Positions 11,179-23,400 of a stretch of DNA of 64,000 nt are shown here, piece by piece. The notes under the pieces were generated by a model, which saw only the letters and a list, made by a program, of their open reading frames with translations, was not told where the DNA came from and ran no database searches. This DNA is from Torpedo marmorata (lineage: Eukaryota). The translations under genes were made by a program, and so were the position numbers. The stretch covers positions 19,344,001 to 19,408,000 of the forward strand of contig OZ360233.1 in assembly GCA_977017645.1 (NCBI GenBank). The letters are read 5' to 3'. Each line of letters starts with the position of its first letter. Positions within the stretch are counted from its first letter, which is position 1.

Positions 11179-12147
11179 TCACACAGGGGCACAGAGATGA
11201 TCCAACACAGTAATTCCTCGGAGTTTTAAACACATGTTCTGTAAACATTTCCAATTCCAAATCAAAGAAAGTTGTGAAGATTCGAAATGCTCCTTCTTTA
11301 GTCATACGGATAATATATTTGAAGTACTATTTCATGCAACTATTGACAAGATTATTTCTCTTCGGCGTTTGTGCAGGTGTAACTGTTGAGCTACGTGGCT
11401 GCACACGTAGATTAGCTCTTGCTGCGTCTGGAGGATTCTCTTTGATTCTTTCCTTCTTGGCAGAAAATCGATTCAACATGTACCAGCTTCTTTTAGCTAT
11501 TCCTTCTCTTGCTGCTGTTCTCAATACCCGAGACAATGTGATGGACACAGCTTCGTGCTACCGCTGGCCAGCTGTTGGAAATTGAAGTCGCTGTTCGACG
11601 TGCTGAGGGAGCTAGAGAAGATTATTTTCTTCCCTTTTATCCGACAGTTTCATGAAAAGACGTGGATTTATGAGTCAGTTTGCAGCTACTGGTGGAGGTA
11701 AGCTCGATCGCTCATTTTTGCTTTTACCGCGTGCTGAGTGAACACTTATTACTGTTATCGCTTGTTTGTTTCCACTGCTGGCACGAATTTTCTTGAAGGT
11801 CGCAAAGAACTGTGCCTCTGAGGGATAATTCAGAAATGCAAACCATTTGTAGTGGTTAGCTGACTGTTGGAATCAGGTGTTGGGGTTGGGTGGGTGAGCT
11901 GATAGGAGTGAAGAAACGATACAAGTGGAGTGATTAACGTATCTATAAATCTGTGCTTGATTGCGAGTGCAGATTTCATTGGTCGAAGAGCTTATGTACA
12001 TGCCAGTCTCCATTACGAGGAAGGTGGCAACAAATTTGGAAGGCGAGTGGACTGTTCTGGTGCAAATCATTTCGACGTTCAGACTTTTGTTTTGTCCGAA
12101 TTAGAGAGAGAGAAACAGAGAGAGGGGAGCAGAGAGAGAGAGGGGGG

Positions 12148-12189
<42 letters not shown>

Positions 12190-12364
12190 TGTTCAGAAAG
12201 CAGATGAGGATGGAAGATAGCTTCAATGCATCAGAAAGGTGATGCGTACATCTTGCATGCGGAGTCATCTGATTGTAAGAAATAAGGACCAGGTCTAAAT
12301 TGTAGGTGGCGTGTCGGAGAGGGAGAGCGTTTTGTGCTGAGCGGATGTGACACTGCCAGGAATA

Positions 12365-12395
12365 TACCAATCACGAGAGAGACCAGACGTCACAG
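12365..12395 (+). promoter_or_regulatory. Putative V4 promoter elements (CCAAT box, CRE-like AGACGTCA)
   Basis: CCAAT at 12367-12371 and AGACGTCA at 12385-12392, about 90 bp upstream of the ATG; CRE-like elements are typical of TCR V promoters. Confidence 0.55.
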
Positions 12396-12474
12396 CCCTT
12401 TTCGAACATCCGATTAAAAACCATTTCTGAACCTGATCGATTCAGATCACATTCACCATCGACGCAACGCAACT

Positions 12475-13316
12475 ATGTTAGCTCTGTCTACTTATTGGCT
12501 TCTTACATCAGTTGCTCTCTACACCGGTAAGATAATTGCCATTTCCAATATTGCGCTTTATTCTACTGCAGCGAAGGATATTTAATCAGTGAATTTCATG
12601 CATGAATGCAATAATTTCAACCGAAAGACCGAGAATAAGAATTGAAAAAACGATCGTGGATCCAGCTCTTTAACGAGTGATGCCCGAAACGTTGAGGGTA
12701 ATAAGCAGGTTAATTTAAGACATACTTTCTTTAATCCCGTGGGAATGGTCACACTTTTAAACACACACACGCGTTCCCTGCTATTATCCTTATCCTCCCG
12801 AGACTTACAGTCAACGAGAATATGATGAAGGAAAGGGTTGGATATTCATGGAAGACAATTTCATGAAATCGACTTTCGACTGGAGCGTCATATAATTTCT
12901 AATAATTATTTTTTTATTTTAGACGAGTATCAGGGATAGTTGCAGTTTAAGGAAATGTGCGCAGTGAGGGGATATATTTGGAATTCATGTTCTCTTCGGA
13001 ATATTTCAGGACATTGTCGAGGCAACTCTATTTCTCAGACACCGGGTGTGATCACAGTGACTGAAGGAGACGATGCGCAGTTGAACTGTAACTATACAGC
13101 TACAAGCACAAACACTCCTAGATTAATGTGGTACCGGATGTATCCCGGCGGATCACTGGACCTTTTGCTGATCAGAACACAATTTGATGACGAAAGGAAG
13201 AAAATTCCCGGAGAACGTTTCTCGGCGGAGCTCAACCATTCGAAGGGAACGGTTCCACTGAGTATATCTGAAACGCAGCTGGGAGACTCGGCGATGTATT
13301 ATTGTGCATTGAACCA
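12475..13316 (+). CDS. TRAV: Apparently functional TCR alpha/delta V segment (V4): leader 12475-12526, V exon 13010-13316
   Basis: Leader MLALSTYWLLTSVALYT-G|gtaag, 483-bp intron, phase-1 acceptor tttcag. The V exon NSISQTPGVITVTEGDDAQLNCNY...LMWYRMYP...RFSAELNHSKGTVPLSISETQLGDSAMYYCALN has no stops. Confidence 0.92.
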
Positions 13317-13355
13317 CACAGAGGTACGGAACTGGGCTGAGACTGTGCAAAAACT
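13317..13355 (+). other. 23-RSS of V4
   Basis: Heptamer CACAGAG (13317-13323), 23-bp spacer, nonamer GCAAAAACT (13347-13355). Confidence 0.9.
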
Positions 13356-13409
13356 AACAGATCATCTCGCCACGTATCAGCCCGTGAAGAAAGCTTTGAA
13401 AAATGCTTT

Positions 13410-14127
13410 GAATTTGTTAAAACAAATTACGGGTGTTAGACTCCCACAAAACGCTGATTTATTTTTATTAGGGAATGTTGAAGGAACCAGACCAAAATTG
13501 AAGTTACCAATATATCAATTGAAATTTGTTAAAATTGCTCTAGCGGTAGCGAGAAAGTGTATAGCAGTAACTTGGAAATCAGATACAAATTGAGGTATGG
13601 AAAGATGGAAGACAGAGATACAGAGTTATATTCCATTGGATAAAAATAACATATAATATGAGAAATAAATGTGGGGTATATTTGCAAATTTTGCGTCTGT
13701 ATATCCAGACATTAGGCATAAATATGTAAATGTGTTATTCCATATCCTTGGCCTTGCTGACTCTCTCTAACTTAAATAATGAAAATACTGTTGAAAACTT
13801 TGCGTCGAACTGAGAATGCCCGGGCGATCCAGATAGATGTGTTTATAAGTAATATTATATTACTTTCTTTTTCCTTCTTTCTTTTTAGATTTTAGAAAGG
13901 GGAGGGAATTTAAGGGGAGGGAAGGGTGGGATTAGAAATATTAAGTAAAAATTTAAACTTGAACTTTTGATAAATGTTAATAAGGGTTTGGTGGGATAAG
14001 GGAGGGGGTAGAATACACTGTAATGCAATTGTAGACATTTTTTGAAGTTAATAGTCAATATTGATCATGTATGTATTACTGTGTAAAAATTTTAAATTTA
14101 AAATAAAATATTCAAAGAAAAAAGAAT
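13410..14127 (+). mobile_element. 5'-truncated AT-rich L1/Tx1-like LINE (ORF2 C-terminus, 3'UTR, A-rich tail)
   Basis: KIALAVARKCIAVTWKSD is shared with several other copies in the window; aataaa plus A-tail; aatgcttt flanks both sides (TSD); absent from the paralogous position at about 25845. Confidence 0.85.
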
Positions 14128-14199
14128 AATGCTTTTCTGCTCCGTCCATGCGTCATTGGATGACTTGCGATGATTATCCAATTTTATTTTACTGATAAA

Positions 14200-15075
14200 A
14201 TCATCTTAATCAGATTACAGATACAATTTATTGTCATGTAATAAAACAGAAATGGAAAATCACACGAAATTGCCTTTTGTCTGCCATAAGGTCGACCAAG
14301 ATTTGCCAATGGCAATAGCAGAGCCCGCTGCCCCTGACAGTGAGAGAAAGAGATGCAAACCAGAGTCCCCCCAGAGTCAGCGAGTGTCCGTGGATTCGCT
14401 TCCAGAACTCTCGCAGCCTCTAAAGCCGTAAACACTCCAATCCAGTTCAAATTATTGGCAAGCCCGAGCCCAGATCCAAAACTCCGACGTGATGAGGAAG
14501 CCTTCAGCGCCCACGACTCTTTTGGAGTCCACCCTTCCCACAGTGTCATGTTGAATCCTAGTTCTGATACCTTGTTTTCCTGAGCCATTATCCTACAGCC
14601 CACAGCCAGATATGAGTCATTTGACCTCAAGTCGCCAGCAGCATTGAGTCTGTGTGCATTCATTGCCCGCAAGTCGCCATCACCGCCTGCGTGTGTCTTT
14701 CAGCTGCAGAATCCATCGGTGGTCCGACACTGTGGTCACCGTCCTTCGGTGGTCTCCCCTGCTTCTCCGACTGAACGGGGATGTTCTTCCCGTTACTGGT
14801 TTCCTGCGCCAGTCCGCTGCTCGCCGGGAGTCTGCAAACCCTCGTGGCCGCTACCGACCATATTCGCCGCCACCTTGGGCCCAGACCAAGCGGTTGCAAG
14901 ATTTTAAAATATAACACTATCGGTTCCTTTATCAGGTCGTTTAAAGACTGTATGTATCCGTCTCAGTAGGACTCGACGGTAGGATCCCGCCCGGGATCGC
15001 TGTGCCTCCGCTCGCCGCGGCAGCGCTGCCATTACACCAGCTGCAGAAGTGCCGCCATTACTTCTAAATCGGCGC
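14200..15075 (-). mobile_element. Unclassified non-coding interspersed repeat (SINE-like or non-autonomous LINE)
   Basis: A paralog lies at about 25925-26870. Its 3' end (ccttatggcagacaaaag...ttattacatgacaataaa plus short tandem tail) also resembles 1375-1460 on the + strand. Confidence 0.45.
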
Positions 15076-16023
15076 CCATAGTCACTTAACCAGTAAATTC
15101 CAGATCACAGGTGTGCCTTTGAATAATGAGAGCGAACTCCATCTTCGCCTCCACCTTTTCTCATCCGAGGTTATTCCGTGGTTCCGAGCCCTTGACAGTC
15201 GGAACAAGTTCTCCATTTTAATTAAAGACTTTATCGTTTTGTTAAAATACGACTCAATATTTTGAAAATCCATTCTCCCCGCTTGTCCTGTGTCCAAAAT
15301 TTATTAGCCTTTGAAATTTACATCCCGACTTCACTTGTTTACGCATCACCTGTGGAAATGTACTATACCTGCAACCTGACCTTGCAGTGCAAGAGACCGC
15401 ACACACAGGTGACGAGTGGTTGGCTGTAATGGTACCGGAAGGATGTGAATTTGAATCCACACAACATGCTGATTCGGTGCACAGAGGAGACGCAGAACGA
15501 ACTTTTCAGGGCACAGTTTCCCTTCTTCTCTCAAAATTGCACCTGTCACAGCTCAATTTGAAAAAAATATTCTGTGCACAAACCGCGCACACCTCGCACT
15601 TTGAAGACAAGATCTAGTGCACCATGTGAAATAATGGGCCTTTATGTAGTGTTCACAAACATGACCATCTTCGTTCAAAATTTAATATTTTGAAAATATA
15701 TGAAAACATCTAAATATGAAACAAAAATATTGGGGCCATCTTGCATGAGAAATTGAGTTACAGAATATCGCGTGTGTAAACAGATTGACCGAGTGTAATA
15801 TACACAGAGGTTCAACGAAGTGTAACAAAGCAGTGACCAGCTATTGAGCAATTAGGCATGGATAACGAAATGGTGCCTCAGCCTGCCAAGCCCACATCTC
15901 TTGCGTAACTCAAAAATAGCTTTCGTCCACTTACACTTGATCAAATATAAACATCGATGAATCACAACGCATTCAGCAATAGTGCGATTAACTCTCGATT
16001 CGTTTAACCGTCAAACTATTATG

Positions 16024-16945
16024 TGTAGCCGACTGCTACGAAGAAACACACACATGCAGTGTGGAAGGTTAAGCTCTCAGCGTTATTGAGGCTGGAAATG
16101 CTTCTTTTATAAAGTTGGAGTTACCGCCGTTTGGTAGATTGGTTGACATCAGCCGCATGAATAACAATAGCGGGCGGGAACGTTCATGCATATGAATACC
16201 CTTCTTCCCCAGCCTGGTATTGATCTGTTAGCTGGGCAGCTTGGCCAGCATCATTTTAGGGCTGCTGGTCTTGTACTGCTCTCGTTTCAACCGCGCCGGT
16301 TCGCTATGCTAACAGTCGCATTACAGTGTGTTATGCCGCAGTTTACTACGCGCGCGCCGCGCGATGTGCCGGATCGATCTCCCCGGTTGCCGGGCGCCAC
16401 ATGACCCCACCCCCCAGAACCGTCGCTACAGTTTATAGTATCCGTGGATGCAGTCCCCAATGTCTTTGGTGATCTGCCTCTGCGCCGAGGTGCTGGCGTC
16501 TCCACGGGTTGTGTCGGGTCCGTGTGTGCCGGCTTGAGCCTGACTGCAGTTAAACCTCTGGTTTGCCACCGAAGGTGGCCCCGTTGTTCCAGACGACTGG
16601 GATGGGGCCTTCGTAGGGCTTCTGTAGCGGTGGACGGTGTGGCCCTCTGTGTACGAACACATACTCACAGTCTTGGAGTTCTTTAGGGATGTTGAACTTG
16701 GCTTGCCCGTGTCTGGAGGGTGGGATCGGAGCCAGGTTACCGACCTTTTCCTGCCGACCGTCCAGGAAGGTGGTTGTATCCTCCTGTTGACCTCTGGCCG
16801 GTGGGACGAAATCCCAGGGGACCATGAGTGGAGCTCCGTAGACGAGCTCGGCGGAGGATGTGTGGAGTTCTTCCTTCGGGGTTGTACGTATCCCCAGCAG
16901 TGCCCATGGCAGTTCGTCAACGCAGTTGGGGCCCTTGAGTCTGGT
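16024..16945 (-). mobile_element. Ty3/Gypsy 3' fragment: integrase C-terminus, PPT and 3' LTR (16024-16401)
   Basis: DELPWALLGIRTTPKEEL...PLQKPYEGP; G-rich PPT on the minus strand at about 16405-16415; LTR bounded by TG...CA. Confidence 0.8.
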
Positions 16946-19900
16946 CATAATGCACAAGCACTCCCAGGTCCTTCTGCAAACCAGCATGCTGCAGTTTTTC
17001 ACCATTTAAATAATACTCTGCTCTTTTATTTTTCTTGCCAAAGTGGATAACCTCGCACTTACTAACATTGCACTCCATATGCCAGACCTTTGCCCACTCA
17101 CCTAACTTAACTATATCCCTCTGCAGCCTCTCCACATCCTCAGTACAATTTGCTCTTTCACTCAATTTAGTATCATCCGCAAACTTGGCTACATCACATT
17201 TTGTCCCCTCCTCCAAATCATCAAAGTAAATGATGAATAGTTGTGGGCCCAGCACCGACCCCTGCGGCACCCCACTTACCACTGTCTGCCAATCAGAAAA
17301 ACACCCATTTATCCCGACTCTCTGCCTCCTGTCAGACAACCAATCCTCAATCCATACCAATATACTTCCCTGGACTCCATTCACCTGTAACTTACTGATA
17401 AGTCTCTTGTGCGGCACCTTATCAAACGCTTTCTGGAAATCCAAATATACAACATCAACCTGTTCCCCTCTATCTACCGCACCCATTATGTTCTCAAAGA
17501 ACTCTAACAAGTTTGTCAAACAAGATCTGCCCTTCCTAAACCCATGGTGCGTCTGCCTGATTGAACCCTTTCGTTCTAAATGTCTCACTATTTCATCCTT
17601 AATGACAGCTTCAAGCATTTTCCTAACTACAGACGTTAAGCTAATTAGCCGATAGTTCCCAGTCTTCTGCCAACATCCCTTCTTAAAAGGTGGCGTGACA
17701 CTTGCTGTCTTCCAATCTGCCGGGACCTGCCCAGAATCCAGAGCATTTTGGTATATGAACACCAATGCATCGACTATAACTTCTGCCATTTCCCTCAGAA
17801 CCCTGGGATGCGTTTCATCAGGACCAGGGGATTTGTCCGGCTTTAGTCCCATTAGTTTGCTCATCACTATCTCCTTTGTAACAACTATTTTATCAAAACC
17901 TTCACCAACATTCGCATCCCTATCTCCACTCTTTGGCATGCTGGACGTGTCTTCCACCGGGAAGACTGATACAGAATATTTGTTCAAGGCCTCGGCCGTT
18001 TCCTCATTATTCAATATCAATTTCCCCTTCTCATCTTCCAAGGGTCCTATGTTAACTCTAGCCACCCTCTTCCGTTTTATATATTTATAAAATATTTTGC
18101 TATCTGTTTTTATATTTTGTGCCAATTTACCTTCATAATCCTTTCTCCCCTTTCTTATTACCCGCTTTGTTGTCACTTGTTGTCTTTAAAGTTTTCCCAA
18201 TTTTCCAGTTTCCCACTACTCTTTGCAACTTTGTACACCTGAGCTTTTAATTTTATGCACTCCTTTATTTCCTTAGTTAACTACGGCTGACTCTTACCTC
18301 TCTTGCTGCCCTTATTCTGAACTGGAATATATAGTTGTTGAGCATTGTGAAAAATCTCCTTGAAAATCTTCCACTGTTCCTCACTGTTCTACCAACTAGC
18401 CTGTGCTCCCAGTCCACGCTGACCAATTCCTCCCTCATCCTGTGATAGTCTCCCCTGTTTAAGCATAATACATTCGTTTTAGATCTAACTATTTTCCCTT
18501 CCATCTGTATGAGAAATTCAATCATACTATGATCGCTATTTCCAAGAGGGTCCCTAACTATTACATCATTTACTCTACCTATCTCATTGCACAATACTAG
18601 ATCCAAAATAGAATTCACTCTTGTTGGTTCCTTAACATGCTGCTCTAGAAAGCTATCACGGATGCATTCTATGAAGTCTTCCTCCAGACTCCCGTGACCA
18701 ACTTGATTTTCCCAATCTACGTGGCAGTTAAAGTCCCCCACGACAACTGCCGTTCCCTTCTTACATGCCTCACTTATCTCTCTGTTTATTGCCTGTGCCA
18801 CTGTACTATTGTTATTTGGTGGGCGATAGATAACACCCACCAGTCATTTTTTCCCTTTGTTATTCTTAATCTCCAACCAGATCTACTCAACATAATGTTC
18901 CTGAGATGTTATATCATCTCTCACTATTGCCTTGAACCTAACCTTGATTAAGAGCGCCACACCTCCTCCCTTACCATCCTGTCTATCCTTTCGTACTACC
19001 TGATACCCTTGAAAGTTTAATTCCCAATCATGGTAATCTTGTAGCCATGTTTCTGTGATGGCCACTAAATTATATGCATGGGTACCGATTTGCGCCTCAA
19101 GTTCACTAACCTTGTTTCTAATACTGCGGGCATTCAGATAAAGTGCCCTTATGCTCATTGACCTTTTAGAATCTAGTGACTTCTGTATCCTTTGTTTTTG
19201 ATTTTGGTTTTTCTGCCCTCTATTTCTCTTTGTCTTTTTCGTAACACTTTCTTTGGTCTCTGTACAACCTTCCTAATTCTTTCTGTGTAGGTTCCCATTA
19301 CCCTTCCTTACTAGTTTAAACCTTCTCCAACAGCACGAGCAAAAGAACTCCCAAGTACATTTGTCCCACCCTTGCCCAGCTGTAGACCGTCTGGCCTGTA
19401 TTGTTCCCATCTGCCCCAGAACCGGTTCCAATGCTTCAAGAAACTGAAACCTTCCCTCCAGCACCACTGTTCAAGCCACATATTCATTCTGCAATTCTGT
19501 TATTTGTATTCTCACTAGTTCGTGGTACTGGTAATAATCCTGAGATTATTACTTTTGAGGTCCTACTCCTTAATCTATTTCCTAGCTCTCTAAATTCAGC
19601 TTGTAGGAGCTCATCTCGCATGTTTCCTATATCGTTGGTACCAATATGGACCACGACAGCTGTCTGTTCACCCTCCCCTTCCAGAATGTCCTGCAGCCGC
19701 TCCGAGACATCCTTGACCCTTGCACCCGGGAGGCAGCACACCATCCGGGAGTCCTTTTTGCAGCCGCAGAAGCTCCTGTCTGTTCCTCTCACCATAGAGT
19801 CCCCTATAGCTATTGCTATACCTGTCTTCTTCCTTCCCTCTTTCATAGCTGAGCCACTCACAGAGCCATGATCCTGGCTTCTACTGCCTTCTCCTGGTGG

Positions 19901-19980
19901 GCCATCTCCCCCAACCATATCTAATGCGGTATATCTGTTATGGAGTGTGATGACTGCAGGAGACTCCCGCACTAACTTTC
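16946..19980 (-). mobile_element. CR1 LINE, truncated at both ends: ORF1 SGNH esterase, ORF2 APE endonuclease and RT
   Basis: ORF1: AIGDSMVRG...CCLPGA...VHIGTND. EN: LYLNARSIRNK, ITETWL, GDFN, SDH. RT: YLDFQKAFDKV, GVPQGSVLGP, KFADD. Confidence 0.92.
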
Positions 19981-20466
19981 TAGAAGTTTGATCTTTTTTT
20001 AATTGCCATGCCAAAACTTTATGAGCTCTTTCCCATAACTCATACTATATTTGTTTAGTTCTTTCAATTAACTTTTCCCTTTTATATGTTTGTAATAAAT
20101 TGTAATGTAATTTCTTCCCAATTAAATTGTTCCTTTTTTGAATTGATCTGTTTTTTTGTAAATCTTTTTCCAAACACTCAATCTCCTTCTCTAAATTTTC
20201 TACTTCCCTAAGATAATCTTTCTTAATTTTTGCTGAATAACTTATTATTTGACCTCTTAAATAAGCTTTTACAGCTTCCCAAATAATAAATTTATTATCA
20301 GTAGAATTAGAATTTATTTGTAAAAATTCCTGAATTTCCCTTCTAATATAATCACAAAAATCTTTTCTTTTTAATAAAGAAGAATTGAATCTCCAGCTAT
20401 ATACAGTTTTTTTCTTTTTCTGGAATTATACAAGATATTAATAAAGGTGAATGATCAGAAATTATT
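19981..20466 (-). mobile_element. Internal L1/Tx1-like ORF2 fragment (EN end and linker)
   Basis: The reverse strand encodes SDHSPLL...WRFNSSLL...IWEAVKAYLRGQIISYS...LAWQLKK; no tail or TSD is visible. Confidence 0.75.
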
Positions 20467-23400
20467 TACTTGTTGGCTTCTTATATCATTTGCTCTCTAC
20501 ACCGGTACGTTGATGGCAATATTCCAATATTGCGCTTTATTCGACTGTAGGGAAGGACATTTAATCAGTGAATTTAATTCATGAGGGCAATATTGTCAAA
20601 GGACAGAATGGGAATAAGGAGTGAAATCACGATCGTGGATCCAGCTCTCAGGAGAGTGATGACGGAAATGTGGAGGGGAACATCCAGGTCAATTTAAGAC
20701 AGAATCCCCGCCATCCCGTGGGAATGGTCGCACTGTTAAGACACATACGCGTTCCCTGCGATGATCCTTCTCCTCCTGAGACTTAAAGTCGACCGGAAGA
20801 TGATGAAGGAAAGGGCGGGATTGCAGCGGTACCCGCTCTGGGCAAGCGAACCGGTGCCTGCAATGGCGGCCGCGTAAGTACACGTGGCAACAACAGGGGC
20901 CGGCGCAAAGCTGGCACCGACCCCCATGCTTCTTCAACCAGGAGAAGAAGGACAGGTGACCCGCGAAAGGTCCAATTGTAATGTACAGCTCCCATTGTCA
21001 TGTAGATGACAGCGATTAAGCGGCAATGGTCATGTAAACGACAGCAATTAAACTCGCAGCCCTGCCTAAAAGTCAGGGCTGCGAGAACCGATTAAACAGT
21101 CTTGTTTGCAACCCACCGACTCTGTGTTGTTCTTCTGAATTCTGTGTCGCTCACGCTACATTGGTGACCCCGACAAGTCCAAACGAATTTGAACCTACAA
21201 TGACCGACGCCACGGCCATCAGCGTAGTCGCCGTCAAACTGCCGACCGTCTGGACCCACCGACCCCATGTGTGGTTCGATCAGGCAGAAGCACAGTTGGC
21301 ACTCCGCAGCATCACCGGAGATGCCACCAAGTACTACCATGTTGTCAGCTCACTCGGAGAGGACGCAGCCGCACGGGTGGAAGATTTCCTGCACCGACCA
21401 CCAAAGGAGGGTAAATACCCCGCTTTCAAAGCCCTGTTGATGAACACTTTTGGGCTTTTGCGACGGGTGCGGGGTGCCTGCTTGCTGCGGCTGGACGGGC
21501 TGGGAGACAAATCGCGCTCACACCTCATGGACGAGATGCTGGCCCTCACAGGAGTCCACACGTGCCTTTTCTTCGAACAGGTTTTCTGAGAGATGATGCC
21601 ACTCAACGTGCGCCCGGCACTCGCAGAGGCGTATTTCTCCACGCCCAGGACGGTGGCAACTCGAGCGGACACTCTCTGGGAAGCAGGAAGGGTGAGTCAG
21701 ACAATGGTCGACCAAGTGGTTAAACCAAAAACCGAACACCCCAACCCTGCTCGTCCCACCGAACGCACAGCCCACGGTAGCAGCAGCGACGACGCCGACC
21801 TCGATTGGTGTTTCTACCACCGTCGTTGGGGCCCGAAGGCCTGCCGGTACAGGTCCCCCTGCAAGTTTCCGGGAAACGACAAGGCCAGCTGTCACTATTG
21901 GCTACGACGGCTGGCCACAGAGACAGTCTAATGTACGTCAGGGACAAGAATTCCGGACAGCGGTTCGTCGTGGACGCAGGAGCCGAAATCAGCATTATTC
22001 CCCCGACACCATTCGAAACCAGGACCCGGTCAAAGGGAAACGCGCTGCGGGCCGCCAACGGCAGCTCCATTCTGCCATTCGGCCGGAGGACGGCATACCT
22101 CCGGTTCAGCGACAGCCATTTCTCGTGGGAGTTCACGCTCGCAAGCGTCTGGATGCCCATCCTAGGGGCCGACTTCCTCAGGGCACAGAGCTTACTGGTA
22201 GACCTGCAGGGTAAACGGCCGATCCACGCACAAAACTTCCAATTCTTTGCCCTGCAAAAATCCAATCACCACTCCACCTAGCTGAGCCCCGAAGCGCAGC
22301 CAGAGGACGATTTCACCCGCTTTCACGCTGATTTGCCGTCGCTTTCCGACCCCAAATTCACGACAGAGATGCCCAAGCACGGCGTAAGGCACCACGGCAC
22401 CACCCAGGGCCCACTGCTCCACGCCCGCGCACGCCGCTTGCCCCCCGATAATCTCCGACTAGCCAAAGAGGAGTTTAGCAGGATGGAAGGTTTAGGGATA
22501 ATCAGACGGTCCGATAGTCCCTGGGCAAGCCCACTGCTCATCGTGCCCAAAGCTCCGGCGGGTGGACGCCATGTAGTGACTACCGCAGGCTTAATGAAGC
22601 CACTACTCCCGACCGCTACCCTCTCCCCCACATTCAGGACTTCGCCGCCAACCTGCACGGGGCGACTATATTCTCAAAGGTCGACCTCATCCGAGGTTAT
22701 CACCAAATCCCCGTGCTACCGGAGGATGTGGCCAAAAGAGCCATCATAACCCCTTTTGGCCAGTTCGAATGCCTCTGCATGCTATTTGGGCTAAAGAACG
22801 CGGCCCAAACCTTCCAACGCCTAATGGGTGCGGTAGTGCGGGATTTGGACTTCCTTTTCATTTATTTGGATGATACACTTATCGCCGGTAAAACCCGCCC
22901 GGAGCACATAGCACACCTCCGGCAGCTATTCAACCGCCAAAACCAATTCGGCCTTAGTCAGCCTGGCCAAATGCCAGTTCGGCCTCTCCACAATTGACTT
23001 CCTGGGCCATAGGATCACACGCCATGGCGCAACTCCCTTACCCGACAAAGTGGACGCGGTTCGCAAATTCCCCCGGCCGTCCACAGTAAAGGGCCTCTAG
23101 GAGTTCGTAAGGATGGTCAATTTTTATCACAGATTCCTGCCAGCAGCAGCCCGCATCATGCGTCCGCTTTTCACTCTCATGGCTGGCAAAGCCAAAGCGC
23201 TGGTTTGGGACGCGGAAACCACTGCAGATTTTAACAAAGCCAAAGAGGCCCTGGCTAATGCCATGATGCTGGTTCACCCCAGAACCGACGTGCCAACCTC
23301 CCTCACGGTGGACACATCAAACACAGCAGTCTGCGTGGTACTGAAGCAGTTTAGGAAAGGCAGCTGGAAACCCTTGGCCTTTTTCAGTGGACATTTACGG

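Noticed and set aside
11327-12090. Possible processed pseudogene or cryptic RSS between V3 and V4
   Set aside because: No recognisable protein motif; the minus-strand cacagtt has only a poor nonamer.
12940-13593. 217-aa ORF fusing an Ig-V domain to a LINE ORF2 C-terminus
   Set aside because: Chance read-through of the unrearranged V exon across the RSS into an inserted L1/Tx1. It starts at an intronic TTG, and rearrangement removes the 3' part.
19484-20014. SGNH/GDSL esterase as a host or horizontally acquired gene (also 45801-46250)
   Set aside because: It is the known ORF1 esterase domain of CR1 LINEs, directly upstream of EN-RT.
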